Part shown: in pieces, positions 9,788 to 17,965 of the stretch
Layout of the letters: each line of letters opens with the position of its first letter
Position numbering within the stretch: position 1 is the first letter of the stretch
Source: Bellilinea caldifistulae
Lineage (GTDB): Bacteria > Chloroflexota > Anaerolineae > Anaerolineales > Anaerolineaceae
NCBI RefSeq assembly: GCF_001306055.1
Contig: NZ_LGHJ01000011.1
Location: 240,001 to 272,000 of the forward strand
Length of the DNA stretch: 32,000 bases
Reading direction: 5' to 3'
Translations under genes and position numbers: made by a program
The notes under the pieces: model-generated
What the model was told of the DNA's origin: nothing
Databases searched by the model: none
The model's input: the letters and a program-made list of their open reading frames with translations, nothing else

Positions 9788-11116
9788 ATGATGCGCATTT
9801 TGCGGTTGATCCTGCTGGTGAGTGGATTGACGCTTTTCCTCTTCGGGACACTCTATCCCTCGGCGGCTCAACGGGATGGCGCCAGCCCGCTGGTGGTGGT
9901 GCTGAAAGCCGACGGGCCGGTTACCTCGGTGATGCAGGGTTATATTCAGCGCGGCTTACAGGTGGCTTCCAATGAAGGCGCTCAAATGGTGATCATCGAG
10001 TTGAACACCCCCGGCGGGGCGATCAGCGTGATGAACGAGATCATTCAGGACATCCGCGCCAGCGAGGTTCCCGTGATTGTGTATGTATCTCCGCGCGGGG
10101 CAATGGCCGGCAGCGCCGGCACGCTGATCACGCTGGCTGGACACGCCAGCGCCATGGCACCCGAAACGGCCATCGGCGCGGCCAGCCCGGTGGGCATGCA
10201 GGGCGAAGATATCGGTGAGACGATTGCCGCCAAGGAGAAGGAAATCCTGCGGGCGACGGTGCGCTCACTGGCTGCCCGTCGTCCGCCGGAGGCGATTGCT
10301 CTGGCGGAGGATACCATCGAAACCGCCAAAGCCGCTTCGGCTCAGGAAGCCCTCGAGGTGGGGCTGGTGGATTTCATTGCCACTGACCTGAATGATTTAT
10401 TGCGCCAGCTGGACGGCTTTGAAGTGACTGTGCTGGATCAGCCGGTCACGCTTTCCACCCAGTTTGCTGCCGTGCGTGAGGTGCCGCCTACCTTTGTCGA
10501 ACAAGCCCTGCGCCTGCTGACCGACCCGAACATCGTTTTTCTGCTGCTGACGATTGGGGTACAGGCCATTTTGATCGAGCTTTCCAACCCGGGCGGCTGG
10601 GTGGCGGGTTTCATCGGGGTGGTATGTCTGGCGCTGGTGTTCTACTCGTTCGGCATCATCCCGGTCAACCTGTTCGGGCTGATTTTCATCGTGCTGGCGT
10701 TTGTGCTGTTCATTCTGGAACTGCAAACGCCCACCAACGGGGCGCTGACCGTTGCGGCGGTGATCTCGTTCGTCACCGGCGCGCTGGTGCTGTTCAACTC
10801 GGTGCGCATTCCGGGATTCCCGGCCGTTTCGGTGCCGCTGGTGATCGGCGCCAGTGCTGTGCTGGCGGTCACTTTTCTGGCGTTCATGGGCTACGCTTTA
10901 CGCGCCCTCAAAACACCGGTGGCGATGGGCAAGCCGGCCCTGATCGGGCAGGTGGGGGTTGTCACCAAGGCGATTGACCCGCACGGCATGGTGCAGGTGG
11001 CTGGTGAGTTATGGAGCGCCGAAGCGGTTGACCCGCGCGAGTCCTTCCCGGAGGGCGTGCGGGTGGAAGTGGTGGATGTGGAGGGACTGCGGGTTAAAGT
11101 GCGCCGCGTCCAGTAA
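9788..11116 (+). CDS. NfeD-family membrane-bound ClpP-class serine protease
   Basis: Signal/TM helix, ClpP-like domain (ELNTPGGAISVMNEI..., SPRGAMAGSAGTLI), central TM cluster and a C-terminal OB-like NfeD domain (GVVTKAIDPHGMVQVAGELWSA). ATG at 9788 chosen because AGGAGG lies 6 nt upstream; the track starts at TTG 9782. Confidence 0.85.
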   Translation: MMRILRLILLVSGLTLFLFGTLYPSAAQRDGASPLVVVLKADGPVTSVMQGYIQRGLQVASNEGAQMVIIELNTPGGAISVMNEIIQDIRASEVPVIVYVSPRGAMAGSAGTLITLAGHASAMAPETAIGAASPVGMQGEDIGETIAAKEKEILRATVRSLAARRPPEAIALAEDTIETAKAASAQEALEVGLVDFIATDLNDLLRQLDGFEVTVLDQPVTLSTQFAAVREVPPTFVEQALRLLTDPNIVFLLLTIGVQAILIELSNPGGWVAGFIGVVCLALVFYSFGIIPVNLFGLIFIVLAFVLFILELQTPTNGALTVAAVISFVTGALVLFNSVRIPGFPAVSVPLVIGASAVLAVTFLAFMGYALRALKTPVAMGKPALIGQVGVVTKAIDPHGMVQVAGELWSAEAVDPRESFPEGVRVEVVDVEGLRVKVRRVQ

Positions 11117-11122
11117 TCCCGC

Positions 11123-11650
11123 CTACGCCCGCCAGAAGCCGCGCCGAATCGGGCGCACATCCTCGGCGGTCACAAAAGCCTCGTGGTCGGCTTCCAGAAT
11201 CAGGGTTTCGACCTCGTCCAGTTTGCGGCGCACCACATCCACGTGCAGTAAGGTGACCGTGCCGGTCATCCCGCGCCCGGAAACTTCGGTGACGGCGTAG
11301 CCGTTTTTGCGTAAAATCTCCGCCACTGCCGCGCCGCGGGAGGGGCTGACAATGGTCAGGTGAATGTGACCGATCGCCAGCCGCTCTTCGATGAACATTC
11401 CCACCACATTTCCGGTGGCAAAGCCGCCGGCGTAGCCAATCACGCTGAGCGGGTTCTTCAGGTTGGAAAGCACGGTACTGATCGCCACCACGAAAATCAG
11501 GGATTGCATGAAGCCGAGCATCCACGCCAGTTTTTTCCGCCCGCGCACCACAAACAAAACCCGGATGGTGTCCAGCGACATATCACACACCCGCAGGGCA
11601 AAAATGCCCAGCATGATTAAAAAGGCTTGAGCGCTGAAATCAAAATGCAT
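11123..11650 (-). CDS. UPF0316/DUF2179-family small membrane protein
   Basis: 175 aa: three N-terminal TM helices, then a soluble domain. DTIRVLFVVRGRK and the LTIVSPSRG...GYAVTEV...G region resemble the YebE/UPF0316 family. AAGGGGG SD. Lies 15 nt downstream of the phosphorylase gene. Confidence 0.7.
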   Translation of the reverse strand: MHFDFSAQAFLIMLGIFALRVCDMSLDTIRVLFVVRGRKKLAWMLGFMQSLIFVVAISTVLSNLKNPLSVIGYAGGFATGNVVGMFIEERLAIGHIHLTIVSPSRGAAVAEILRKNGYAVTEVSGRGMTGTVTLLHVDVVRRKLDEVETLILEADHEAFVTAEDVRPIRRGFWRA

Positions 11651-11665
11651 ACAGGCCCCCTTTTG

Positions 11666-13834
11666 TCAGGCGGTTTCTTGTTCGGTTTCTTCCATACAGG
11701 CGAGGTACATCTCGCTCAGGTACTCTTTGACCATGCGGCGGGTGCTGAACTGGGGCGCCAGGGTGCGGATGGCTTCTTTGATGCGCGCAATCCAGGCGGT
11801 GGGGATGTTATCCACCGAGCGGTTGGTGTAGTACAGTGGGATGATGTCTTTCTCCAGCTGTTCGTACAGGCTGCGGGCGTCCATCTCGTCCTGCTGGTTG
11901 GGGTCAACCGGATCGGCGTCCTCGCCAATTGCCCAGCCGTTCAAGCCGTTGAAGCCTTCCCGCCACCAGCCGTCCATCACCGAGAGATTCAGCACGCCGT
12001 TGAGGGCGGCCTTCATGCCGGATGTGCCGGAGGCTTCGTTCGGGCGACGGGGGTTGTTCAACCAGACGTCCACACCCTGCACCAGATAGCGCGCCATGTT
12101 CATGTCGTAATCTTCCAAAAAGACCAGCCGCCCGCCCATGCGCGAATCTTTGACGGCGCGGTAAACCTGCTGGATGAGCAGTTTACCCGGTTCATCGGCC
12201 GGGTGGGCTTTACCGGCAAAGATGATCTGCACCGGCATATCGGGATTGGTCACCAGCCGCATCAGGCGGTCATAATCGCGCAAAATCAGCCCTCCGCGCT
12301 TGTAGGTGGCAAAGCGGCGGGCAAAGCCGATGGTCAGCGAGTACGGTTCAAGGAAAACGCCGCTGGCCAATGCCTGAGCAGGGTGGTACTGTCCGCTCTG
12401 CCAGCGTTGGCGGGCGCGGTCGTTGATGTAGAGAATCAATTTGCGCTTGAGATGCTGGCGGACAGCCCACAATTCGCCATCGGGGATGTTCTCCACCTGT
12501 GACCATAACTGCGGGTCGTCAATCCGCTTCATCCAATCAGCCCCCAAATAGCGGTCGAACAGCAGACGCAGGCGGCGCGCCAGCCACGTGCCGGTGTGGA
12601 CGCCGTTGGTGATATGGCGGATGGGGACGTCTTCAACCGCCCGTTCCGGCCATAAGAAGTGCCACATCCGCCGCGAAACCTGCCCGTGCAGTTCCGAAAC
12701 GGCGTTGGCGTGTTCAGAAAGTTTGAGAGCCAGTACCGGCATGCAGAAGCTTTCTCCCCACGGGGTTGCCTGACGACCCAAATCCACAAACTGATCGCGG
12801 GTCAGGCCCAATTCCGGCCAGATTTGGGAGAAGTACTTATCCACCAGCCAGAGCGGGAACTGATCGTTACCGGCCGGCACGGGGGTGTGGGTGGTGAAGA
12901 CGTTGGTCTTGCGCACTTCGGCAGCGGCTTCGGCAAAGGTCTTTCCCTTGCGCACCAGTTCCAGCGCCCGTTCCACTGCCAGAAAAGCCGAATGCCCTTC
13001 GTTCATGTGCCAGACCTGGGGCTGGTATCCGAGCCGGCGCAAGGCGCGCACACCGCCCATCCCCAGCAGAATTTCCTGCGAAATCCGCACTTCCAGATCG
13101 TTGCTGTACAGACGGGCGGTCAGTTGCCGGTCAGCATCACTGTTCACCGGCAGGTTGGAATCCAGCAGGAAGAGCGAAACCCGCCCAACACGCACTTCCC
13201 AGATGCGGGCGAACACATTCCGGCCGGGCAGTTCCACCGAGATGGTGATCGGGTTGCCCTCGTCGTCTTTGAGCAGCGCAATCGGGGCGTCTTCCAGTAC
13301 CAGATGTTTGGTGTGAGTTTCCTGCCAGCCGTCCTCGGTGATGACCTGCGTAAAGTAGCCCTGATTGTAGATAAAACCCACCCCCACCAGCGGCAAGCCT
13401 AAATCACTGGCTTCTTTGAGGTGGTCACCGGCGAGGATGCCCAGACCACCGGCGTATACCGGCAGCGATTCGTGCAGCCCGAACTCAAAGGAAAAATAGG
13501 CAATCTGCTGATTGAGGAGATGGGGGTACTGCTGTTTGAACCAGGTGTCCTCGCCGTTCAGGTAATCGTCGAACTTTTTCATCACCCGGTCGTACATATC
13601 GAGGTAGTAGGTGTCGTTGGCGGCGGCGTTCAGATAACTGCGCTCCACCTTTTTGAGGAATGCCACCGGGTTGTGTTCCAATTCATCCCACAGGCGCGGG
13701 CGGATCTGGCGGAATAACTGCTGGCCTTCCGGGTTCCACACCCACCAGAGGTTATAAGCCAGCTGACCCAGCCGGTTGATGCGCCGCGGCAGGCTGAAAT
13801 GATTGGGCGTTTCCCGTTTGATGGTTTCGTTCAT
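11666..13834 (-). CDS. glgP: alpha-glucan (glycogen/maltodextrin) phosphorylase, GT35, DUF3417-type N-terminus
   Basis: PLP-lysine signature EASGTSGMKAALNG. N-terminus LAYNLWWVWNPE...LWDELEHNPV. 722 aa. Confidence 0.92.
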   Translation of the reverse strand: MNETIKRETPNHFSLPRRINRLGQLAYNLWWVWNPEGQQLFRQIRPRLWDELEHNPVAFLKKVERSYLNAAANDTYYLDMYDRVMKKFDDYLNGEDTWFKQQYPHLLNQQIAYFSFEFGLHESLPVYAGGLGILAGDHLKEASDLGLPLVGVGFIYNQGYFTQVITEDGWQETHTKHLVLEDAPIALLKDDEGNPITISVELPGRNVFARIWEVRVGRVSLFLLDSNLPVNSDADRQLTARLYSNDLEVRISQEILLGMGGVRALRRLGYQPQVWHMNEGHSAFLAVERALELVRKGKTFAEAAAEVRKTNVFTTHTPVPAGNDQFPLWLVDKYFSQIWPELGLTRDQFVDLGRQATPWGESFCMPVLALKLSEHANAVSELHGQVSRRMWHFLWPERAVEDVPIRHITNGVHTGTWLARRLRLLFDRYLGADWMKRIDDPQLWSQVENIPDGELWAVRQHLKRKLILYINDRARQRWQSGQYHPAQALASGVFLEPYSLTIGFARRFATYKRGGLILRDYDRLMRLVTNPDMPVQIIFAGKAHPADEPGKLLIQQVYRAVKDSRMGGRLVFLEDYDMNMARYLVQGVDVWLNNPRRPNEASGTSGMKAALNGVLNLSVMDGWWREGFNGLNGWAIGEDADPVDPNQQDEMDARSLYEQLEKDIIPLYYTNRSVDNIPTAWIARIKEAIRTLAPQFSTRRMVKEYLSEMYLACMEETEQETA

Positions 13835-14033
13835 GGTTGTTTACTCTCTATCTTAAATAGGGGATTGCATGTCTGAGGGTTATTTGTGGACACGCCGGGA
13901 CAGGCAAAACATCCGCCGCCCGGCCATCGAAGCGATTTGGTATTGTTTATCCAAAATATGCAAGTCCATACAAATCAACAGCCCAAAATTATACCATGCA
14001 ATCGGCTGCCCCCGCATTAGGTTTGTGTGAAAA

Positions 14034-14042
14034 TGTTATAAT
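14034..14042 (+). promoter_or_regulatory. extended -10 element (TGTTATAAT) immediately upstream of the 14049 GTG start
   Basis: TGnTATAAT consensus match at 14034-14042. Only 6 nt separate it from the GTG. An in-frame stop TGA lies at 14028-14030. Confidence 0.4.
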
Positions 14043-14048
14043 CAAATC

Positions 14049-15353
14049 GTGATTTCAAAACGCAAAACCATCCTCTGGATTTTCGTCGCAGGACTGTTTG
14101 CCTGCGGTCTGTTGTTTGCAGTCCCCTCATTGCGCGGCCGGGTAGTCTCGAACCTCAACGAATTGCGTGTGCAGGCGCGTTACGCGCTCAACCCGCCTCA
14201 ACAGGCCGTTTTTGTGCCGGAAGAGGCAGTTGCCACGATGGTGGATGCCACCATGCAGGCGTTCAGCCGCACCTCCACACCAACGGCCAGCCCGACTGCC
14301 GCACCTTCCACTGCAACGCCCACACCCCAATTTACCTCCACTCCCACTCAAACGCCCACTCCGCTGCCGGAAAGGATCACCCTCAGTGGCGTGCGGTATC
14401 AGGATCAGCACGGTTTGTGGAATTACTGCGCCCCGGCCAATCTTGCCATGGGGCTTTCTTACTGGGGCTGGCAGGGCGAACGCACCGATGTCGGCCCGTT
14501 GCTGAAGCCGTTTGAAAAAGATAAAAATGTCATGCCGTACGAGATGGCCGATTATGTGCAAACCCACACCAACCTGAACGCCCTCATCCGCCATGGGGGA
14601 ACTCTGGACACGCTAAAAAAATTGATTGCGGCCGGTTTTGTGCCACTGATTGAAAAAGGGATTGTCATCCGCGATATCAACGGCAAACTGGGCTGGATGG
14701 GGCATTACTCGACCATCACCGGCTACGATGACACGAATAATGTCTTCATCACCCAGGATTCGTATTTTCAACCGGATTTCAAAGTCAGTTACGACGACCT
14801 GCTCTGGCAATGGCGCTCGTTCAATTACATCTTTCTGGTCATTTACCCGCCGGAGCGCGAAGCCGAATTGCTGGATCTGCTGGGGCCGTATGCCGACCCG
14901 CAAACGGCTTTTCAAATCGCCGCCCAGACGGCTGCCGAAGAAGCCGTGCGCCTGGACGGCGTGGAAAAGTTCTTCGCCTATTTCAACCGCGGCACCAGTC
15001 TGGTCAACCTGCAGGATTACGCCGGAGCCGCCAGCACCTACGATCAGGCCTTTGCGCTGATGGCGGCTCTGCCGGAAAAAGACCGCCCGTGGCGGATGAT
15101 GTGGTATCAAACCGGCCCGTACTTTGCCTATTACTACACCGGTCGCTATCAGGATGTAGAGGGGTTGGCAACCACGACCATTGAAGCGGCGGCTGAGCCG
15201 TTTCTGGAGGAGAGTTTTGTCTGGCGGGCGCGCGCCCGGCTGGCGCTGGGCAACCGCGCCGGGGCGGCGGAGGATGTTCGCAAAGCGCTGGAATATCACC
15301 CCGGTTTCGCACCGGCCGTTGAACTCGCCAATCTACTCGGATTACAGCCATGA
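14049..15353 (+). CDS. membrane-anchored C39-like (papain-fold) peptidase-domain protein with Pro/Thr linker and C-terminal TPR-like region
   Basis: N-terminal TM helix (ILWIFVAGLFACGLLFAV); linker TSTPTASPTAAPSTATPTPQFTSTPTQTPTPLP; candidate catalytic Cys in GLWNYCAPANLAMGL and His in WMGHYSTITGYDD; C-terminal helical repeats (AGAASTYDQAFALM..., GNRAGAAEDVRKALEYHPGF). Confidence 0.65.
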   Translation: MISKRKTILWIFVAGLFACGLLFAVPSLRGRVVSNLNELRVQARYALNPPQQAVFVPEEAVATMVDATMQAFSRTSTPTASPTAAPSTATPTPQFTSTPTQTPTPLPERITLSGVRYQDQHGLWNYCAPANLAMGLSYWGWQGERTDVGPLLKPFEKDKNVMPYEMADYVQTHTNLNALIRHGGTLDTLKKLIAAGFVPLIEKGIVIRDINGKLGWMGHYSTITGYDDTNNVFITQDSYFQPDFKVSYDDLLWQWRSFNYIFLVIYPPEREAELLDLLGPYADPQTAFQIAAQTAAEEAVRLDGVEKFFAYFNRGTSLVNLQDYAGAASTYDQAFALMAALPEKDRPWRMMWYQTGPYFAYYYTGRYQDVEGLATTTIEAAAEPFLEESFVWRARARLALGNRAGAAEDVRKALEYHPGFAPAVELANLLGLQP

Positions 15354-15365
15354 GGGGAGTTTGCC

Positions 15366-16646
15366 ATGCTGCGCATTCTGCACTTTGCCGATGCACACAT
15401 AGACATTGCCAATTACGGACGGCACGACCCACAAAGCGGTCTGCCGATGCGCGTGCTGGATTTTTTGAAAGCCCTGGATACGATTGTTGAAACCGCAATC
15501 CGCGAAAAAGTCGACCTGGTCCTGTTCGCCGGGGATGCCTACAAAGACCGCACCCCGGCACCCACCTTTCAACGCGAGTGGGGCAAACGCATCATCCGGC
15601 TCAGCCGCGCCGGCATTCCGTGCGTGCTGCTGATCGGCAATCACGACCTTTCTCCGGCGCTGGGGCGGGCGCACGCCTTACAGGAATATCAAACTCTGGA
15701 AGTGGATAAAGTGCTGGTCATTGACCGGCCGCGCCTTCTGAAACCGGATGATCTTTTCGGTTTGCCCCTCCAAATCATGGCCATCCCATGGGTTTCGCGC
15801 TCTTCGCTGATGGCGCATTTGCAGATCAGCGCCATCGAGCCAAATCAAATCCACGAAGAAATCGAAAAGCGCTTGCACGAAATTGTCCAGAACTGGTTCA
15901 AGGAAGTGGATCTCAACCTGCCCATCGTGCTGGCGGCTCATGCCACCGTGCAGGGCGCCCGTTACGGCAAAGAACGCAGTATCATGCTGGGCAATGATCT
16001 GGTGCTGCCGGGTTCGCTGGTACGGGATGAGCGGCTGGATTACGTGGCGCTCGGTCACATTCACCTGCGCCAAAACCTGAACGAGGGCGGTCACCCGCCG
16101 GTGGTTTACCCCGGCTCGATTGAGCGGGTGGATTTTGGCGAGACGGATGACCGCAAATACTTTGTGATTGCCGGTGTCCAGAAGGGCCATACCGAACTGG
16201 ACTGGCGTGAACTGCATGGGAGGCGTTTTGTTGATTGCAGCGTCAACCTGCTGGATGTTGCTGCGGCTGCGGAAGGCAGCACCCCGCCGGTGATGGAGCG
16301 CATTCTGGCCGCTCTGCCGCCGCGCGAGGAATTGAAGGATGCGATTGTCCGCCTGACCATGGATTACCCGCGTGATTGGGACGCGTTGATTGACGAGGCG
16401 CGCCTGCGCCGCCATGCCGAACTGGCGTTTGATTTTCATCTGGTGCGCCGCCCGCACATTGCCGCCCGCGGACGCATCAGCGAGATTGAAAACATTGCCG
16501 CAAAATCACCCCTGGAATTGCTGGAACTCTATTGGGAAACCAGAGGTGAATCACCCGACCACATTGAAGAGCTCAAACGGCTGGCTGAAGAAATCATTCA
16601 TCAGGCCGAATCTTTGACGAATGAATTTTCTGTTGATTCTGAATGA
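15366..16646 (+). CDS. sbcD: exonuclease SbcCD, nuclease subunit D (Mre11-like)
   Basis: Calcineurin-like phosphoesterase motifs HFADAH, GDAYKD, GNHD, AAHATV and GHIH. 426 aa. Confidence 0.9.
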   Translation: MLRILHFADAHIDIANYGRHDPQSGLPMRVLDFLKALDTIVETAIREKVDLVLFAGDAYKDRTPAPTFQREWGKRIIRLSRAGIPCVLLIGNHDLSPALGRAHALQEYQTLEVDKVLVIDRPRLLKPDDLFGLPLQIMAIPWVSRSSLMAHLQISAIEPNQIHEEIEKRLHEIVQNWFKEVDLNLPIVLAAHATVQGARYGKERSIMLGNDLVLPGSLVRDERLDYVALGHIHLRQNLNEGGHPPVVYPGSIERVDFGETDDRKYFVIAGVQKGHTELDWRELHGRRFVDCSVNLLDVAAAAEGSTPPVMERILAALPPREELKDAIVRLTMDYPRDWDALIDEARLRRHAELAFDFHLVRRPHIAARGRISEIENIAAKSPLELLELYWETRGESPDHIEELKRLAEEIIHQAESLTNEFSVDSE

Positions 16647-17965
16647 ACAATCCCTTTCTTGAAATCGGTTTGATTTTTCTGCTGCTGGTGGCAAACGGGC
16701 TGTTTGCCTTCTCGGAAATTGCCATGGTTTCGGCGCGTAAGGTGCGCTTGCAGCAAAAGGCCGAAGATGGCGACCCGGCCGCCCGGGCTGCGCTGGAACT
16801 GGCTGAGTCCCCCAACCGCTTTCTCTCCACCGTCCAGATTGGCATTACCCTGATCGGCATCCTCGCCGGGGCTCTCAGCGGCGCTACGCTGGCCAAACGG
16901 CTGGCGGAATGGATTGCACGGGTGGATTTTCTGGCGCCTTACAGCAGCGGTCTGGCGCTGTCCGTGGTGGTGATTCTGCTGACTTATTTTTCGCTGGTGA
17001 TCGGCGAACTGATTCCCAAACGGCTGGCAATGAACAACCCCGAAGCCGCCGCCAGTGCGGTTGCCCGTCCGATGCGCTTCCTTTCCAACATCACCTTTCC
17101 ATTGGTGCGCCTGTTGAGTGCATCCACCGATTTTGGCCTGCGGGTGATGGGCATCCGACCCTCAACTGAACCACCGGTTACCGAGGAAGAAATTAAAGTG
17201 CTGATGGAGCAGGGCACTCAGGTGGGAGTTTTTGAGGAAGCCGAGCAAGACATGATCGAAAGCGTCTTCCGGCTTGGAGACCGCTACATTGACGCCATCA
17301 TGACCCCTCGTACCGAAATCGAGTGGATTGATCTGGACGAAAGCCCGCAGGAAATTTTGCAAGACATTCTGCAAAGCAGCCACAGCCGTTTCCCGGCGGC
17401 CCAGGGTAATCTGGATAATGTCAGCGGCATCCTTTCTGCCAAGGACTTTCTCAGCAAAATGGTCAGCGGCGAGCCATTTGAGGTCAAGTCGCTGTTGCAG
17501 CCGCCGCTGTTTGTGCCGGACAGCATGTCGGCCCTCAAGGTGTTGCAATTGATCAAATCTGCCGGTGTGCATGAGGCGCTGGTGCTGGATGAATACGGCG
17601 GACTGCTTGGGTTGGTGACCCTGTACGATGTGCTGCGTGCCATCGTCGGCGAATTGCCCGGCCCCGGTTCGGACGGCGGGGCACAAATTACGCAGCGCGA
17701 GGACGGTTCATGGTTGGTGGACGGCCTCTTGCCGGTGGACACCCTGAAAGAATTGCTGGAAACCGAGGAATTGCCGGAGGAGGAGCGGATTGGTTATCAG
17801 ACCCTGGCCGGCTTTATCCTCAGTCAACTTGGTAGCATCCCCGCCCCCGGTCAGCGGTTTAACTGGGGGGATTTTTCTTTCGAGATCATGGACATGGACG
17901 GGCGCAGAATTGACAAGGTGTTGATCAGCCGCCTGCCACCGCCGACGGAGGAAACCGATCAATGA
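16643..17965 (+). CDS. CNNM/HlyC/CorC-family membrane protein (DUF21 + CBS pair + CorC_HlyC)
   Basis: N-terminal 4-TM DUF21 (LLLVANGLFAFSEIAMVSARK...), CBS-pair region (IMTPRTEIEWIDL..., HEALVLDEYGGLLGLVTLYDVLRAIVG) and a C-terminal transporter-associated domain (FEIMDMDGRRIDKVLI). ATGA overlaps at both ends. Confidence 0.9.
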   Translation: MNNPFLEIGLIFLLLVANGLFAFSEIAMVSARKVRLQQKAEDGDPAARAALELAESPNRFLSTVQIGITLIGILAGALSGATLAKRLAEWIARVDFLAPYSSGLALSVVVILLTYFSLVIGELIPKRLAMNNPEAAASAVARPMRFLSNITFPLVRLLSASTDFGLRVMGIRPSTEPPVTEEEIKVLMEQGTQVGVFEEAEQDMIESVFRLGDRYIDAIMTPRTEIEWIDLDESPQEILQDILQSSHSRFPAAQGNLDNVSGILSAKDFLSKMVSGEPFEVKSLLQPPLFVPDSMSALKVLQLIKSAGVHEALVLDEYGGLLGLVTLYDVLRAIVGELPGPGSDGGAQITQREDGSWLVDGLLPVDTLKELLETEELPEEERIGYQTLAGFILSQLGSIPAPGQRFNWGDFSFEIMDMDGRRIDKVLISRLPPPTEETDQ

